A stretch of 64,000 bases of DNA, counting the filler, from Dirinaria sp. TL-2023a (Eukaryota), in NCBI GenBank assembly GCA_051941275.1. It is 3 parts of 3 records of this genome, joined end to end, with 100 filler letters (N's around TTAATTAATTAA, not from the genome) between each part and the next. Parts side by side here need not be neighbours in the genome. Positions count along the whole stretch, not along the records: positions 22,390 to 44,661 come from JAVEBF010000228.1; positions 44,762 to 64,000 come from JAVEBF010000344.1; 1 more part is not named here. One strand, given 5' to 3'. The translations under genes and the position numbers were made by a program. Position 1 is the first letter of the stretch. Each line of letters begins with the position of its first letter. Of this stretch, positions 36,668 through 48,821 are shown one piece after another. Below the pieces are notes generated by a model. It was not told the origin of the DNA. It was given only the letters and a program-made list of their open reading frames with translations, and did no database searches.

Positions 36668-38386
36668 CTAAATCACGCTTTGTCGCTGTTCCGGATGGCT
36701 TTCGTGGGCGTGTCGTGCCAAATCCTCTTCTCTCCCAAAATGACTACCGCAATGACCGCAGGCATAATTTTCAATCGTATCCTGAGCCGTTGCATTACCG
36801 GCCGATCCACCACCTGAAGCCCGTTGCACATCCGAACGAAGAGGTGGGTTATACCTAGAATAATCAAAGTCCGAAGGCTCTGTTTGGAGATGATGAGGTT
36901 GTGGGTGATATGATGTATCTTGCGTGAAATCTCTCGGTTGGACCGGATAGTCAGGCTGGCGAGGCGTCTGATCAGGATCCACCCCGGTGACACTGCTTTC
37001 CCTGGATGACGCTTCTGATGATACATCAAGGTCATGTTGCTGGAGATGGCTTCTACTGCTTCCACCAGCCACGGGACGAATCTCTCTTAGTTCCAATGAT
37101 GAATTGGATGAGGGAACGTAGATATTGCGGCCATCCTGATGAGTGCGCTGACTACGTTGATTTCCTCTTCCCCTTGCGCCATATAAGGAATCATGAGGAT
37201 CAAACCCTACTGGTATTGCCTGAAGATTACCCTCTTCTGGATCGCGCCATGCGTTCTTCTTGGGCATATGCGAGACATCTACCGAACTGTTGCTCCTCAA
37301 TCTCTCAACGTCAGGATGATGCGGCCTCTTAGGGCCCGTGGCCCAGCTTCGTATAGGATATGCTCGGCCTTTGTGCCAAGGTTCTGTGATGGGAGGGAAA
37401 TATTGACGATAAGCTCCCCATGCTACCAAGATGCCTAGCAAGCTACCCGAAATCACATCGAAAGGATGGTGGCGGGCGTCCATGATCCGAGAAACAGCGA
37501 TAAGGGCGGCGCCGAGGGTTGGAACCATGACTATGAAAGTTTTCCAAACTTCGCCCTTGTTATCGAGGGCATGAAGCTTTGCGGCGAGATAGAGAGACAG
37601 GTAGAAGAGACCGCCAAAGGCAGCTGTAACACATTGTTAGAAACTGGAAGTGGTTCTCGTAAATTCAGACAGCAGGACGCCCTTACAGCTACTGTGACCA
37701 GAGGGGAAGCTCCTGAATCCGTCTTTGAGTGTGGCATGGTCCGTCTGCGTACAAATGGTACTATTCGACAGTCCAAAGACTGGATGGTCCACGCTTCCTG
37801 CTTTAGGGAGACATCTTGCGATGAGATCGGGCCGTGGCTTCCCGGTAGCGTTTTTCAATGCTCCTGTTATAACAAACGCAGCTCCTTCTGACAACAGCAG
37901 CCCGAGCACACCACAATTAAACTCCCAAAGGCGCTCTTTGAGTGTATATCGTCCTCGTCCTCCACCTTGATGTGAGTAAATGCCATCGATGACGAGAGTG
38001 TAGAAGGCAATGATAATAATTGGAGCTATTACAGCAATTGCAAAGGCAAGGGCGATCGGCACTCGTTCGTGTTTTGCGAAAGGGTACTGTAAGCTATAAT
38101 TTTGGAGAGCGAAATGTTGATGGAAAGGTTCCACCGCATCAAGCGCTTGGAACACGATGTAAAGAAGTCTGTAGAACCTGATTAGCAACCATGACGATCG
38201 CAACAGCTTGTGAACAAATTACATCAGTATCGCATAGTCGAGGATATAACTGCGTAAGAGTCAACTTTCTGGGTTCTTTCCGAGAGTAGAAGTGCTAGGC
38301 TGGCCTTACGAGATGATCACCCGTTTTGGTAAGCCATCGCTCGAGATTTGGAGCGTTTTCGGAAGATGAGCGCGCACCGAGTCCAT
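36668..38386 (-). CDS. PAP2-family lipid phosphate phosphatase (Dpp1/Lpp1-like) with long C-terminal tail ending in a C2H2 zinc finger; multi-exon
   Basis: C1 KNATGKPRP, C2 PSGH, C3 SRIMDARHHPFD motifs; ATG at 38386; tail contains YACGHCGSHFGREEDLARHAHESH. Confidence 0.9.
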
Positions 38387-39599
38387 TTGCACCACATACA
38401 CCCTTCCTCGCCCAATGTCGCTCTACGACAGTGCAATTATAGCGAAATTCCTACCCTATAATTGCAGGATTTGCAGGGTCCAAGCCGATTTTAGTCCTCA
38501 TTTAGAGCTGAAGCAACGTCAGCCCTCGGCGTACCTTGTACTCGCTCCTGCGCCTGCTTATTAGGCAACTAAGCGGGTGGCGAACGTCTCAGTAGGCGGA
38601 TGGCAAAAGCTGAACTATGACTCTAAACCATCTTTGCAGTCAGGCAATGAAAAGATGGTGAGAAAAAGCCAAGGCTCAGCACTGGTATGAAGGATACTTG
38701 CTGTGAAGCTGCAGTTTCATGGAAGGTAAGCGCCGGTCTTCACCTGGCAATACGGAGACGGTTCCAAGTGGATGTTTATGCATCCCATCTTCCAGGGACA
38801 AGGCGCCTCAAACAAAGCCGTCGAGGATGTTTCACCGGATTTAGCGACGAGCGGTGTTGAATGGACCTCGAGTTCTTCATCACAACGGCTATCTGGTTCA
38901 TCTAGTAGGGGACCTACAGTTGTTAGATTTGGTCTGATCATGACGGTAAACTACCTCTATCAGGAGTCGCATTATCAGAGATCGAGTTATCAGGAGACAA
39001 AGTCGTTGAAATCTTGATTTCATGGGAGATTCAGAAGTTTCATCTTATCAGGAAACTCTTTAGCATTCACCAAAATGTGCTTGCATTCCTTGCCTCATGC
39101 TCTGACGAGATGCTAATTTCAAGCACACCAGCACCTCATGACAAAAACGTGTTAACCCAATAACGATGGACCGGTACTTCAATGAAAAGTCGTCGTTAAT
39201 TTGGATCAGTCAAGGAGCTCATTCTTATCAGGGCATGAGATAAAGAGTACAACACGCTTCCGACGCAATGACAGGCACTTTCATAAGGCCGATATTGAAC
39301 CCTGAATTTGTCTTCAACCCGAAGTCCATCTACGGTATACCTCAATATCTACATAATACAGGTAGGCACCAGGCCAAAGTCGAATGCCAGATCGGCGAGC
39401 CTGGCCGAGGCAGGCAGGATATTCGTCACGAATGGCTAAGGTACCTTACCTTAAGATAGCTGTCGTCTTTTGATCCTTAAAATACCAGACCACGGATCGG
39501 CTGCCTGCCGCTTCTTGCGGAGTACACAAATCAAAGCATCGGCTATTGACGCTAAGGCAGCAGGCAGAGACGGCCATGAGAAACGCCGGTCCTAGGTGA

Positions 39600-39639
39600 G
39601 AAGGTTGGAAGGTCTGAAGGTCTGAAGGTTTGAAGGTAC
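39600..39639. repeat. Five tandem copies of GAAGGTnn (8-mer)
   Basis: GAAGGTTG GAAGGTCT GAAGGTCT GAAGGTTT GAAGGTAC. Confidence 0.8.
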
Positions 39640-40044
39640 CAGGGCACCTCATGCAAAAGATAGCGCCGGGACAGAATAGTGTGGCTTCCGTTCGTCGCAA
39701 TTCTTCACTGCTACCCCTCGGCTCTACTACCGGAAACAGGCAAGTACAGAATGTACTGTACTGCTCTCCTATATTTTGCGCGCATGTTATGATTGGCAGG
39801 AGACAAACATGATCTGGAGATCGACTTGCACCATAATTGAACCTCGGCTATTTCAGTATCTGCTGTCACGGTCTTGGGACTGCTACTCTACCTTTGAGGC
39901 TTCCAATGGCCTCCTGGCCCGGGAGCCATTGATCATGTTGCCCACGGTAAACCGCTGAGTGAAGCCATTGCGCATCTTTGGGAGGCATACATGTACGACT
40001 CGGAACCTTTTGAAGTGGAGTAAACGCTCTCGCTTTCGAGTATC

Positions 40045-42052
40045 ATGGCAGGTAAGTCAAGAAATGCTAATTGAGCCTGAAAACTAAATCGGACTTACTA
40101 ACTTTCGAGCTCACAGTCGCCTTAGGCGTCGCTGGTGCCGCGGCTTATCTTTATGCCCGAAATCGATTTGGAGATGACGCATTATTGGGCTTTCCCTTGC
40201 TTGCTCTTACCCTCAATGCCAAACGAGCGGACAAATGGGACAGGTACAACCTCTTTTATACCTTGGAGGATCGTGCGAGGTCGAGAAAGAATGCCAATGT
40301 GCCCTTCATAGCTTATGGGGGTCAACAATGGACCTACAAGGAGGTCTACGACATCACACTTCAATATGCAGCGTGGTTAAAGTCACAGTATGCAATCGTA
40401 CCGGGCGAGGTCGTAGCTATGGATTTTATGAATTCCGAGCAGTTCATCTTCCTATGGATGGCCATTTGGAGCCTCGGAGCGCGCCCAGCATTCATTAATT
40501 ACAATTTGGCTGGGGACCCGCTGTTGCACTGTATCCGCGTCTCGACCGCGCGCATTGTCTTTGTGGGTGAAGAGACGAAAGCAAAGTTCGATCAAGAGCT
40601 CCTGGACAAGCTCACACCGCCTAGCTCCCCAGATAGCAGCGGAGCGATTGTAGTCGTTTTCTTCGATCTCCAAGTGCGGCAAGCGATCGAAAAGCTTGAA
40701 GGCGTACGTGAGCCAGACTCCTCCAGGGCGGGAGCCAAAGGTCGTGATATGGCAGCTTTGATCTATACAAGTGGGACAACAGGCCTACCCAAACCAGGGA
40801 TCGTATCATGGAGCAAGCACCGCACGGGAGGAGACTTTTGCTATAGATGGCTCGGCATGAGGCCTGGGGATAGATTCTACACGGTAACGTACCAAATCCC
40901 ACGCAGGACTTGAAGGCCGACTGACGATTATAGTGCATGCCTCTGTATCATACTACTGCTAATGTCTTAGCATTCTCTACCTGCCTTCAAGCTGGGTCTA
41001 CGCTGATCATCGGGCACAAGTTTAGCACGCGGACTTTTTGGAACGATGTCCGAGCACAAAGAGCTACTATGATACAGTACGTTGGCGAGACACTCCGCTA
41101 TCTTCTCTCTGCGCCGCCAGCCACCGATCCCTCATCTGGCGAAATAATAGACAGAAAACATAATGTTCGTCTAGCTTTTGGCAACGGACTTAGGCCCGAT
41201 GTGTGGAACCGATTTAAAGATCGGTTCGGTATAGAGACTATTGCCGAATTCTATGGCGCTACAGAGGCGCCCTCTGCGGTCTGGAACCTGTCCTCGAATG
41301 ATTTTTCGAAGGGCGCCATCGGCCGCAATGGGTTACTAGGGGAACTCTTGTTTAGCCTGGAGACCGCCATTGTCAAGTTGGACTGGGTTACTGAAGCACC
41401 ATTACGATCCGGTCCCAACAATTTTTGTACGCGTGTACCTCGAGGCGAGCCCGGAGAATTGCTGCAGAGGGTCAATGCCGACCAGATCGAGGCGGATTAC
41501 CAAGGTTACTTTAACAATACTAAAGCCACGCAAAGCAAAGTCATGCGCGACGTTCTGGCCAAGGGAGACGCTTATTTCCGTACGGGGGACGTCGTCCGAT
41601 GGGACAAGGAAGGGCGGTGGTGGTTCGTCGACCGTATCGGAGACACGTTCCGGTGGAAATCGGAAAACGTCAGCACCGCCGAAGTCAGCGAGGCATTGGG
41701 AAGCTACGCCGCGATTGACGAGGTCAACGTCTACGGCGTCGAAATCCCACATCACGATGGACGGGCCGGATGTGCCGCCGTCACGTTCAACCGGGAGGTC
41801 GACCAGAGCTTATTGGATGGCCTGGCGGAGCATGCGACGCAAAAATTGCCCCGGTACGCGGTGCCACTGTTCATACGCACCACGAAAGATATGGGCAGGA
41901 CCGGGAACAATAAGCAGCAGAAGCACCTGCTCCGGGCGCAGGGGGTCATGACGCCCGGAGCAGATCGGGTGTTTTGGCTGCAGGGGGGCAGGTATGTGGA
42001 AATGGGTGACAAGGAGAGGGACGAGTTGAATGGGGGGAGAGCGAGACTCTAG
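40045..42052 (+). CDS. FAT1: Very-long-chain acyl-CoA synthetase / fatty acid transport protein (FATP); 3 exons
   Basis: IYTSGTTGLPK AMP-binding motif, QYVGETLRYL, EFYGATE, GDAYFRTGD, DRIGDTFRWKSENVSTAEV; 7-nt first exon ATGGCAG|GTAAGT; C-terminal ARL (PTS1-like). Confidence 0.93.
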
Positions 42053-42933
42053 GGATTGATTATTCAAGGCAAGCGGAAGAGTACATATGGATGGTTGTAA
42101 CGGTGCCTGGTGGACACAGCCCACTCCCGGTAATCATTGAACTGATTGATGATGGATGGATGGATCGATAACAATTGCTGCTAGCTAATGGCTGTTTTGC
42201 CCATCATCGGAGAGAGAGTTCTTACAGTAACTGAACCGTTGCCAGCTGGACCCATCTTACCTAGGTGTGGGAAAAAAAAAAAAAAAACAAGCCTGCACTA
42301 AGCATCCATCCAGTAACTTATGTACCTGACCTTACGGATATTTATATTTTCAATTTTCATCGTAATAATCTGACATATATGCATATCAGCTGCAGAAGCT
42401 ATCGAATTTGGTGTCACCTATTTATTATCTGGCCAGCTAAAATTCTATATATTGTACTTGCGTGCGCACTCTGTCTTTATAAAAAGTCAGTAAGTACGGA
42501 GGAATGGCCCCTTTGCTCAGTCGATAATGCTACACCAACCTATCAACCAATCAACCATGAATGATCACACGATCCGCTTTTCTTGGACGAGCAAAAAAAA
42601 AGCCATCGATTTGGTTGGTTCGATGCCCCGCCCTCCTTAACTACAGCTGGATAGAAGAGCGTGGCCTGAGTCCTGAGTCGTGTAGTGAAGGCAAAGGGAG
42701 GACATGACAGTAAACAGGGATTTGTAAGTCTTGTATCGTGAGGGCGGTGTAGAACTACCTTATGTTCCCGAACAAAGCAGGTGTCTTAGCTTGAGGTTGA
42801 TGCCGGATGGATGGGGTGCGACCTAGCTAGGCTATTGTTTTTCGCTTTTTGAGACGAGGGGCTGCGGAATCGTGTTGTCGTTGTTGTTGTGAAAAAAATT
42901 TTTTTTGATGCGATTTTTTCTGTGCACTTGTCT

Positions 42934-44202
42934 TCATCCGTTTCCGTTTGTAGAGTTGGTACTTTGTTGTTCGTCTCCTGATCGTTGAAAGCGTCCCTGC
43001 ATCCAGCATCGATACATCTTCAGCTTTCTCTGTCGATTGACGATCAGTCTCCTGTCGACGCCCAGGCTGAGGATTTCGAGAGCACCGTTCTCCCTCCGCA
43101 GATCATCATCGTCTCCGATAATGTTATTTGCTTTCTTCTCCTCCTCTGCCGTTTTCTCCGTCCCCTCGATTTTCATTTCAGCTCTAGAATCCGCCTGCTT
43201 CGTTGCATTTCCACCTCGGCCGCTCCATATCCTTCGAAGTTCATCCACGCCGAAAAAATACACTCTCGTCCCATCTCCCCTGGCATAAAAATTTTCCTGC
43301 ATCCATCTCCCCTTGCGGAACCGGACCTGCGCTAGATCGCCTCGTCCATAGTCCCTAAAACAGACCTCTCCACCGGGCTTCAGCAACCGAAACACATTCC
43401 GGACAGCCGCGTCCCATTGCTGCGGGCTCAGCGCACTGAAGATGAAGATCATCATCACGACATCCACACTCCTCTCCTCCAAGCCTTCCGGCAGCGCGGT
43501 ATCGGAGGCGATATCCCAAACACTCGCCTCGATGCGCCCGCATCTCTGCTCCGCATACAGCGGCGAGCTGCGTATGACCTCGACCGACTTCTTCGAGAAA
43601 TCCACCGCGTGCAGCACCAGCTCCTCATTCTCATTTCCCCTCATGATCGGAAACGCGGTATTCCCCGCGCCGGCACCCACCTCCAACACCACTTTCCTCC
43701 CCGCGCCCCGTTCCGTAACATCCTTCAGAACCGGAAATTCCTGCCCCAGCCATTTCCGGTCTTTGAAGAAATTCGCCGTGTTGTTCGTGTAGAACCGGTT
43801 CCACCAGCGCTCCGGGTCGGCGTTGAAGCGGGTTCGGTCGTAGTCCGAGACCGGATGGCAGCGTTGGCTCGCGTACTGGGTTTCGGCGTAGGCGTCGTAT
43901 TCCGAGGTCGTGGCCACATGGTCCCAGGCGTTGAACTCGAAGACGTCGTCTTCCGGCAGCAGGTACCGCGAGCCGAATTGGAATGGGTCGCTGCGTTTCA
44001 GGTTGTTGCTCCGGTCGTGCGAACGGTGAGGAGGGGGAGGCGGCGGCGGCGACGACGACGGCGACGACGTTGGTTTTGTTCTTGTGCGTGGTGGTGGAGA
44101 TGATGGGCGGGATTGCGGCGAGGATTCGGGATCTGCTGCTGGGTGAAATTTTTTTGGTGGGGTGCAGGAGAGGTGGAGAGTTGACAGGTCGGGGATCGTC
44201 AT
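42934..44202 (-). CDS. TRM140: tRNA m3C32 methyltransferase (Trm140/Abp140, METTL2/6 family)
   Basis: FEFNAWDHV, FFKDRKWLGQEFP, LEVGAGAGNT SAM motif, LKPGGEVCFRDYGRGDLAQVRF, YARGDGTRVYFF, RRLIVNRQRKLKMYRCWMQ. Confidence 0.95.
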   Translation of the reverse strand: MTIPDLSTLHLSCTPPKKFHPAADPESSPQSRPSSPPPRTRTKPTSSPSSSPPPPPPPHRSHDRSNNLKRSDPFQFGSRYLLPEDDVFEFNAWDHVATTSEYDAYAETQYASQRCHPVSDYDRTRFNADPERWWNRFYTNNTANFFKDRKWLGQEFPVLKDVTERGAGRKVVLEVGAGAGNTAFPIMRGNENEELVLHAVDFSKKSVEVIRSSPLYAEQRCGRIEASVWDIASDTALPEGLEERSVDVVMMIFIFSALSPQQWDAAVRNVFRLLKPGGEVCFRDYGRGDLAQVRFRKGRWMQENFYARGDGTRVYFFGVDELRRIWSGRGGNATKQADSRAEMKIEGTEKTAEEEKKANNIIGDDDDLRRENGALEILSLGVDRRLIVNRQRKLKMYRCWMQGRFQRSGDEQQSTNSTNGNG

Positions 44203-44606
44203 TTTTGGAGAGAGAGGTGATTGAAGAGAAGTGTGTTTTTTGAGGCAGGCTCACAGGCTCGCAATATCCAAATAATTCGGACACTTTGGGTGAGGCCTTG
44301 CGCATTTAAGGACCGAATTATTTTGATACCCGCGATATGACGGCGCTTTATCCTAGTGGGTCTAGTCTCTGTGTGGGGTTGTTTTCTTGGCATCGAATCG
44401 GCGGTCCGTTGCATCCGAAATTTTGTTTGAGAGATCCTCGATCTAAAATATCAACGTCATAATCATAATAATCTTTAGACTCTACCTAAAGTATCGACCG
44501 CTGTACCTTTTTGCCCTCCCCATGAGCTCAATTACCACCTAACTACATGTACATAACTTACTCTCTTCCCCCGCCCCTTCCTTCCCCACAACCTACGCTT
44601 CAAAAA

Positions 44607-44661
44607 ATGGCGGCACGCCGCCCGGCCAAAGCCCTCTGCCCAACAACCATCCTCCCCGCTC
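44607..44661 (+). CDS. Possible 5' end of a gene truncated by the contig break
   Basis: CAAAAAATGG start context after a CT-rich leader, divergent from TRM140; reads MAARRPAKALCPTTILPA into the N-gap. Confidence 0.35.
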
Positions 44662-44761
44662 NNNNNNNNNNNNNNNNNNNNNNNNNNNNNNNNNNNNNNN
44701 NNNNNTTAATTAATTAANNNNNNNNNNNNNNNNNNNNNNNNNNNNNNNNNNNNNNNNNNNN
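44662..44761. other. Artificial assembly spacer / contig join
   Basis: Same 44 N + TTAATTAATTAA + 44 N cassette as at 22290. Confidence 0.97.
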
Positions 44762-45726
44762 TAGAAATGGTAAACGAGTAACGACCGTAACTCAACGTTC
44801 CCGCGCCCATCCTCTGACTCTAGACAAACCCGTTACGGTCCAAATTACAGCAGTTGTCGAGCCACGACGTTGGACTTTCCCGTCGGTGTGGCACCCCTTC
44901 AGAGTTCAGACCCGACTGCCGGCGGGCAAATCCAGGCACACAACGTCAATTGTTGTACAACGGCGGACCCGTCCTGTAACGTTCGTTTACTTTCGCTTTC
45001 GCGAATCGATGATCTACGGGCAGTGGTCCGCCAAACAACCGTCCGGTCGCTTCATCTGCGAAGTCAGAGAAAAAGACCTGGCTCCCTGTCAAAGCGTGAA
45101 TGAAAGCGTGAAATGATCACCAGTAGTTTGGGTATGCATTACCTTCAAGCAAAGGGGTAGAAAATGGACCTAGAGACCAGTTCGTACTTCGTAGAGCCGA
45201 CAAGTACTGGTGAGATATCTAGCCTGAACGACGGTCTACATCTTAATGAGTCTCCAGCGCCATATCCCTGGTGTGCCTCCTGCATGATTTCCAGCCAACT
45301 GCTTACTTTCCCTTACGGCCTTTGGGCTCCGCTGCTTGCCTCTGGTACTTGCGGTCTGGTCTCCGGCGAGATGGTTGGACTTGTGTAGCTATCTACCAAA
45401 CCACGGAGTGACGGAAACCACCCAGATCTCAGAGTTGACAATCAACATCGGGAAGTCTCCTTTGTCCGTGTGATAGAAGCACATCACACCGACGATCTCT
45501 CTCCTTGTAGACTTTGTGCCTAGATAAGCCGCCCAATTATACGCCGGCCAAATCCAGATTTGTGCCAGGTTGACCAAAGAGGCAGTATCGGAGCTGCACG
45601 CTATTCCCGAAAGACGCTGTGGCTGGAATAAGCTCAGAAGTCAAAAAGTGTAAGTGTGCGGATCCAGCCAGACGGCGCGAAAGGTAATTGGACCATCGAG
45701 CCATCGGCCCCCCCTTTGACTGGCTT

Positions 45727-46628
45727 CTAATTTGCCAAAACATTACAAATCTTTATCGTGACTTCTCCCGCCCCGCTATGATCAGTAGCAGTGGGTGTAA
45801 CTTCCACACTGCGCAGGTCTTTGACGATCCAATCGGCCCCTGCCTGTCGCAACTGCATCATCGAGTGAGTCGTTGCTAATCCGAGCACTTTGCACTTCGC
45901 AGCTTTACCACTGACCACGCCGGCCGGAGAGTCTTCAATCACCAAGGCCACTGTCTCGGCACTCAGTCCCAACAGTTCCTTTGCTAGCAAATAAGGCTCG
46001 CCCGAAGGCTTCCCCTTTTCACAATCCTCAGCGACGACCAAGTGTTGCGGAGGAGGCAACTTCGTGACATCCAACCAACCCTGGATCAGCGCTCGTGTGC
46101 CTGAGGTAGCTATGGCCCATCGTGCCTTGACGGCCTCCAAGGAGGCAAGGATCGCTTTTGCGCCAGGCACGAGAGCTGCATCGGCGCCAAACTCCCGTGG
46201 TATCAGACCCTCGACCTGACTGACATCTAGAACACGATCAGCACGTGGGCTTGGCAAGATCGCCCGGCTCCTGCGACGTACACTCCCAGTTGGCCTTGCT
46301 TGGATCATACAGTTGAAGTGTTTCGATGGTCCTTCTGCCGTGAGAGGCTTGCAAGATAACGGCTGGGTCAACTCCTATTTCATGACCGATTCTAGAGATG
46401 TGTCAGTGGTATGATTTCCTGTTGCTGGCAAAATGGAAATCTTTGACTTGTGCCAGTGCTTCACAATTGCTTCCGTGCTATCAACGAGCGTGCCATCTAT
46501 AGTTACATGAGTGCTATCCGCTGCCTGTTTCAAAGGATCGTAGATCTACCGAAATCAAACAGAATGGCGGGGAACGTATGGTATTCTTCCCCAGTGTTGA
46601 GTGCTATACCCTTGTCCGTAGAAGCCAT
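45727..46628 (-). CDS. HAD-superfamily phosphatase (glycerol-3-phosphatase / 2-deoxyglucose-6-phosphatase-like); multi-exon
   Basis: Spliced motif I LFDF/DGTLVDST, then SHGRR, WAIATSG, GKPSGEPY and VIEDSPAGV; ATG at 46628. Confidence 0.88.
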
Positions 46629-46914
46629 CCTGTTCTACGGAATACTCTCTAATCCCCTTCTCATGTCTGAATTAGAGTATATTTAGCATAGCATCACCAG
46701 TTAGATTCCTATGCCATGTTCGTAATAGGAAGACAAATGCTTCAACTGAGTAAGGTAAGACTTTGTTATCGGTCCGATTGAGATAAAGTACCTTATTTCT
46801 ACGAGAGCTGCGTCGGGCCGACATGACCCCGAAGACCATGAAATCTTGGCGCTGCACACTACCCAAATGTCAAGTCTTGAGTTACTACTACTGATACCCA
46901 TTCGGAAACCAAAA

Positions 46915-48594
46915 ATGACTTTAAAGCCAGGAAGTAGGGTTTCAATCCTTCCGCTTGTTCGAATGCTGATACCTTAAATATTAGAACCGAAATCGAAGCG
47001 GACACCCGTTCGCCTACGACACAAAATTGAGAAAGCGAGTGCTGCCAAACAGCGAAAGCAGCGAAAACTTGCGAAAAATGTACGAGCAACCCCTTCGAGA
47101 TGACGATGAAGCTTATCTACGACATAGAATCCTCAATGGCGATCTCGGCTGAAGAAAGATCCCGGAATACCGAATCTCTTCCCATATAAAGATAAGATAC
47201 TCCAGGAGATTGAAGAGAAGAGAAAACTGAAAGAAGAGGAGACATTACGAAAGCGTGAAGAACTTAAAGAAAAGAAGGCAGCTGCTACTTCTGATGCCCA
47301 TTCGAATGCGGATGGTACCAAGAATATAGAAGATGGAGAATCTATCTTCTCTGACGATGGAATGGACAGCGAGCTGCAAGAGTCCAATAATCCCATGAGC
47401 GCTCTTCTAGCATCAGCGAGAGCGCGAGCTGCTGAATATGAGGACACAGTTGAAGAAGATGAAATGATGGATGAAGACGATTCCGACGATGATACAGATT
47501 TACATAGGGACTCAGCAATTACTTTTCCAACCCGAGCTGAACCTCTGAACCCCGATTCCTCCCGTCGTGCATACGACAAAACCTTCAAGTCTGTGCTCAG
47601 TTCAGCGGACATCATTCTTTACGTCCTCGACGCACGCGATCCGAATGCTACCCGATCACAAGAAATTGAGCATCAAATCGAAGCCGCTGATGGCGGCGCA
47701 AAACGTCTGATTCTCATATTGAACAAGATTGATCTTGTTCCTCCGTCTGCCCTTCACAAGTGGTTAAAGTACCTTCGCCGTTTTTCTCCAACTCTGCCAT
47801 TGCGGGCCAGTACTGCGGCTCCCAATGCCCGAACTTTCGACCATAAGGCGTTGACGCCTAAATTCACATCTGAAACACTCCTTCGAGCTCTGAAGACCTA
47901 TTCCCAGAGAAAGCAATTGAAACGCAGTACTACAGTTGGTATCATCGGGTATCCTAACGTCGGAAAATCCTCTGTGATCAACGCGTTAACTTCACGCCTC
48001 AGCGGTGCTACTAAGCGGACTGCGTGTCCAGTGGGTGCCGAAGCAGGCATCACCACGGCGCTCCGAGAAGTCAAGCTGGACAACAAGCTCAAATTGCTTG
48101 ACTCGCCTGGTATCGTATTTCCAAATACGGATTCACCTGATAAATCTTCCAAGCGCATGTCCGAGGCACAATTGACTCTTCTATCTGCGCTCCCGCCGAA
48201 AGCGATTTCAGACCCAGTGCCCGCAATCACTTTACTCCTTTCTCGTCTTTCTTCTTCTCAGGCTCAACTATCTTCACTCTTGACTACTTACAACATTCCC
48301 CCCTTGGTGCCCTCTGCCGATGGAGACATCACGACTGATTTCTTGGTTCAGGTGGCACGGCGGAGAGGACGGTTAGGCAAGGGTGGCGTACCCAATCTTG
48401 AGAGTGCAGCGATGGCGGTACTTTCGGATTGGAGAGACGGTAGGATTCAAGGATGGGTTGAGGCACCTAGCGAGGAAAGTGGACAAGGAGACAAGGAGAT
48501 CGTAAAGGAGTGGGCTGAGGAATTCAAACTTGAAGGGTTATGGGGCAATGACAACGATCAAGAACTTCAGCCTGAGGATGCGATGGAAGACTAA
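46915..48594 (+). CDS. NUG1: Nucleolar circularly permuted GTPase (Nug1/Grn1/GNL3 family); 3 exons
   Basis: N-terminal KPKSKRTPVRLRHKIEK...KKDPGIPNLFPYK; VLDARDP, NKID, GYPNVGKSS, DSPG in permuted order; RGRLGKGGVPN. Confidence 0.93.
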
Positions 48595-48821
48595 TTTACA
48601 GTCCGAGATACGAATTTGCTTACGAGCTGAACAAATCGCAAACCATTGCGATCCAAATCGTTCATCGATGCGGCTTTGTTCGACGGCACTCTACCGAGGA
48701 CGCAATAGAACAGATACACGGGAAGTGTGCTCAATATCCAAGCTGAGAATCGACCGGTTTCTCTTTCCTGGTGATGACGATGTCTCTCGACCCCGCCCAA
48801 TGCTGCCATCTCGGACATTAT

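Noticed and set aside
39600..39639. GAAGGTnn array as a heat-shock element
   Set aside because: GAA units are direct with 8-bp period, not the alternating 5-bp nGAAn arrangement.
43631..44305. Upstream overlapping ORF suggesting a yeast ABP140-style +1 frameshift
   Set aside because: ORF 42934-44202 has its own ATG and all conserved blocks in one frame; no CTTAGGC slippery site was seen.
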